A stretch of DNA of 64,000 nt, taken from Cladosporium halotolerans. Its lineage: Eukaryota. The stretch is from positions 1 to 64,000 of the forward strand of contig NW_027191508.1 of NCBI RefSeq assembly GCF_011745625.1, read 5' to 3'. The position numbers and the translations under genes were made by a program. Below the pieces are notes generated by a model that was given only the letters and a program-made list of their open reading frames with translations, made no database searches and was not told where the DNA came from. Below, piece after piece: positions 60,691 to 64,000 of this stretch (positions are counted from its first letter, which is position 1; each line of letters opens with the position of its first letter).

Positions 60691-60952
60691 TTACTTGCAC
60701 TGGATGTCAGGGTCAGCTAGCTAGACTCGCGAAGACTGAAACCCAACAGCCGCTACCATCAAGGTAGCTGGCCATCGAGGTAGCCGTCCATCAAGGTAGC
60801 CGTCCATCAAGGTAGCCGTCCATCAAGGTAGCTCTTGGTAACCATCAAAATATAAAAAGGGGGTTATGGTGACATACACCGCAAGAGGTGCATCCGCACT
60901 TTCCATTGCAACCGTTCCCGCCACAGCAGGTCTTGCATTCGCAGCTTGCCAT
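60691..60952 (-). CDS. Copper metallothionein copy 2 (predicted 27 aa, 2 exons)
   Basis: Exon 1 60878-60952 MASCECKTCCGGNGCNGKCGCTSCG; GTATGT...GCTGAC..CAG intron; exon 2 TGC AAG TAA (60691-60699). Confidence 0.85.
60756..60832. repeat. 16-bp minisatellite (~4.8 copies) in the metallothionein intron
   Basis: (ccatcaaggtagccgt)n. Confidence 0.9.
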
Positions 60953-61845
60953 CTTATTGGAGGTCGGATTCGATTTGTGCCTGAAAATTAAGAAGCTTTC
61001 TAAATAATATTCGGCTTTTCTCTGTGAAGGTACGATAAAATTTCTTTCAGGTAAGAACACGAGCTCCTACTTGTACTCTTCGACTGGATGCTGAAATGGC
61101 AGAGCTGGGCTGAGCTCACGATGACGCCCATCGTGTCTGCGGGGTGCTTTCGTCACTCACTTGGCGCAGAGGATTCGTCATACCGGGTTCTCGCGGTCGA
61201 TACTGGATCATACTGGACGATGGTTATTCCTATGACCCAGCAGCATGTGCGGGGTTGGCCACGCTAGGACAGCTCCATGAAAGCTGCCAATCACGATTGG
61301 CGGAGTGGCATGTTCAGCCGTCGCGCCCAATGAATATGCCAGCAAGAGGTGGGGTCGACATATTCCGATAGATTCCGTGCATACTTGTGCTAATACCAGA
61401 ACATAGGGCTTCCGCCTTTTCACAAAGGATAACGTTAAGCGCTAGAAAACATGCAGACGGAGCTCGCGTATCACGAACGTGGAGACACCGTACGCCCCGC
61501 ATTTTAGAAATCCAGGCGCCTGCCTATTGCTTTTTTTGGATGGGAACGGGATCACCGCCGCGCGCGACCTTGGTGTTTGAGCACTTGGTCCTGGCATCCG
61601 AACTTACGTAGCCTGCTCCTTCCCGCACAATGGTGCGAGCCACCCAAGCACTTTCAGCCGCGATAATCTGGTTTCCTGGATAAAGCTGACCTCTTTTTGA
61701 CTGTAACATTGTCAACCAACTTAGAGAGGTGTTGCGTAATGGCCAGGTTATATTCAAGATCTGTGACTGGGAATGAGTCTACAACCTCGGCGTCTTTGCC
61801 CTATAGAGTGAGAAGAGACAGGCTTCTTCTCCATTTGAACGGCGT

Positions 61846-62766
61846 GGCGGACGGAGAACGCACACCTTCACGTGATGTCTGGTGTGAGTAACTGTAAACG
61901 CAGTGAAACCAAGATGCGCTCAAAAACAGTCAGAAGCGATGAGCCACAAGGCAGTTTCGCAACGAGTGATCACTTGACGACCTAGCCCCAGCGACGACGC
62001 CCGAGACGGCCGCCGTCCACCCGTCGGAAGAGTTGACACGACACGACCAAGCCTGCGCGCACCGCACGCCAACAAGCAATACGCCCACTGCCGCCGACGC
62101 GGCCGCCAATGCGACTCAACATCCATGATGAGCAAGAGTTGGACAACGCGCACAACAAGCACACGAGCATTGTAGCTCTCGAAGGAAGATCCATATGTAG
62201 GCTCGCAAACGAGGCGAGTCCCCAGATAAACACCCTGTCCCCATGGGCTCGCCCAGTCTAATACAACACGACAAGCATGCCAGGCGCGGCACGCCAGCAC
62301 CTACAACCACAGTCGAGTCCTTATACCTCGCACATGGGTTGAGAAAGAGGCGGACAACAAGTAACACACCGAGGGAAGGCAGCTGCTTTATGTAAGCACC
62401 CCCTCACCAGACGCGCATGCTAGCACGTTCTTTAACCGAGCACACGACGATAAGCCTCGCACAGCCCAGGTTGCGGCAAAAAGGGTAACGCCTGTGTCTC
62501 TTATACGAGCAAGAGGCGCCAGAGAGAGAGACAAGACAGCACAGTTTTTCAGTATCGGAGGCCGCCGGCCTGTGACGCAGGAGAGAGGAAGAGAAGCGGA
62601 GAGGAGGAGAGGAGGGCACCGAGCCCAAAAGCCGTGGCTTGGCCAAGCCGAGATGGCGAGCAGGATAGCATGGAGTGATAAAGCAGGAGCTAAGATGGAA
62701 GATCAAGAAAATGTCTGCAAATCACCAAGCCTGGGATAAGGCTTAAACCAAATAGCTTGAATGCAG
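61846..62766 (+). mobile_element. SINE-like family A, older diverged copy
   Basis: Degenerate ribozyme head (61846-61920) and LINE-like 3' part gagcccaaaagccgtggc...gatggcgagcaggat. Confidence 0.78.
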
Positions 62767-62768
62767 TA

Positions 62769-64000
62769 GAAGTCTTCCCTGACTCGTGCACATCCCTGGC
62801 TCGTGCACACTGCTTTCACATCATGACCATCACCTTCGCAGCACTACATCTCGATGTAAACACATTCGCTTGAAGTGCCAAATAGCTCGTTGCAGCCGTG
62901 GTAGGTTTCTCTGTAATTCTATATACTTAGATATCATCAAAGAACCTTGGTCGCTTGACAGCCCTGCCAGTTCTTGACCTCGGCTGTTCTGGCACTATTT
63001 CAGCTTCTGGCTCAGTAGCAACTGCGACAGGTTCTTCAGACTGTTTCCGCTTCACCGGCCTTCCTCTTGGTCGTTTACTGGAGGCCCTAGACTTTGTTCG
63101 AAGTTGTTCCACACCCTTTTTAGCTAGCCTGTCACGCTCCTTTTGGGCCTTGTCAAGAGCCTTCTTGGTCTTCCTTGCGGCAGCTTTGATAGCTCTATCC
63201 TCGCGCTTCTGCTGAGCCTCCAACTCCCTGTGAGCCTTAAGCTGAGCTCTATCTTGGGCTTGGAGCAATCGATCGAGCGCCTCGTCGTCTTTAGAAGCTT
63301 TCCCCACCTCAGGCACGTCCACACCTCAGGCACGCTTGACGGGCCCGGTGTCGAGGAGCTTCCACTACTTGTATCTCACACATCAACAACTCAATCCAGC
63401 TGAAAACATATCATCAAGAAGCTACAGTACCACTCTACAAGTCTGCAACAAATTTATGTTCTGAACCGGGCTGGTCGGCGCACTGGCCGGCCTTTCGCCG
63501 TGGTCGCCTGCTCTACAGGCTCAATGACTACTGGCTCTCGTAGAGTGTTTGAAACACTCTCAGCAGCTGGTTGTTTCTTTGAGAAGCTTTGCAGTCGCCT
63601 GCTCGCAGCCCTCGATTTCATGTCATTCAGTTTCTGAGCTTTCCTAGCCTCTCGTGACGCCTGTGCTGCGGCCTTCTTCTGGGCTGCAGCTGTCTTGCGA
63701 GCAAAAGCAGCTGCAGCTCGTTCATCTCGTTTCCTCTGCGCCTCTACCTCCTTCTGCGCCTTCTTCTCAGCTCGTTCTTGAGCCCTGACCTCTTTTTCTT
63801 GCTGCGACTTCTCCTTCTCTCGCTCTCTGCTCGATGCAATGTCTCGCGTCTTCTGGATTTTGGAAGGGCTCATGAACAGCGTCCCAGATGGGCCAGAGGC
63901 CCTTAACTCGTCTATAACCTTCCTCTTCCTCTTCTTCCGCTTTTCCTCTTCGTGAATAGGCCCACTTAACTGCTTCACCTTCAGATTTGATAACACAAGC
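62769..64000 (-). mobile_element. 3' end of a pogo-like transposon (same TIR as the 40297 MITE), with two basic C-terminal ORF remnants
   Basis: TA-gaagtcttcc..gtgcacatccctggctcgtgcacac; ORFs 62927-63322 and 63454-63996 end in similar GR.V.RP.RF motifs. Confidence 0.72.

Noticed and set aside
60756..60832. CRISPR-like array
   Set aside because: Head-to-tail repeat without spacers, in eukaryotic DNA.
1..64000. Starship captain (DUF3435) or Starship boundary
   Set aside because: No ORF recognisable as a captain in this window; it could lie outside.

Overview
Filamentous-ascomycete genomic DNA (spliceosomal introns, Tad-type LINEs, pogo/Fot1 and hAT transposons, CCCTAA relics). It is a transposon-dense accessory or subtelomere-like region. 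The right half carries a copper/metal-homeostasis island: two copies of a tiny Cys-rich metallothionein (one split by a full-length LINE), a ceruloplasmin-like two-domain cupredoxin, a ZIP zinc transporter, a P1B Cu-exporting ATPase, a Frag1/DRAM/Sfk1 gene and a putatively GPI-anchored laccase-like oxidase with a Met-rich insert. Two unannotated systems stand out. (1) Non-coding, SINE-like retroelements begin exactly with HDV/CPEB3-like self-cleaving ribozyme folds: four copies of one family and one of a second. (2) At least six copies or fragments of 'telomere-linked helicase'/DUF3505-type genes appear to hide a tyrosine-recombinase catalytic domain (with or without a fused RecQ-like helicase), and three share a palindromic upstream motif, suggesting a YR-mobilised element family. 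All calls are by-eye reading; no searches or folding programs were run.
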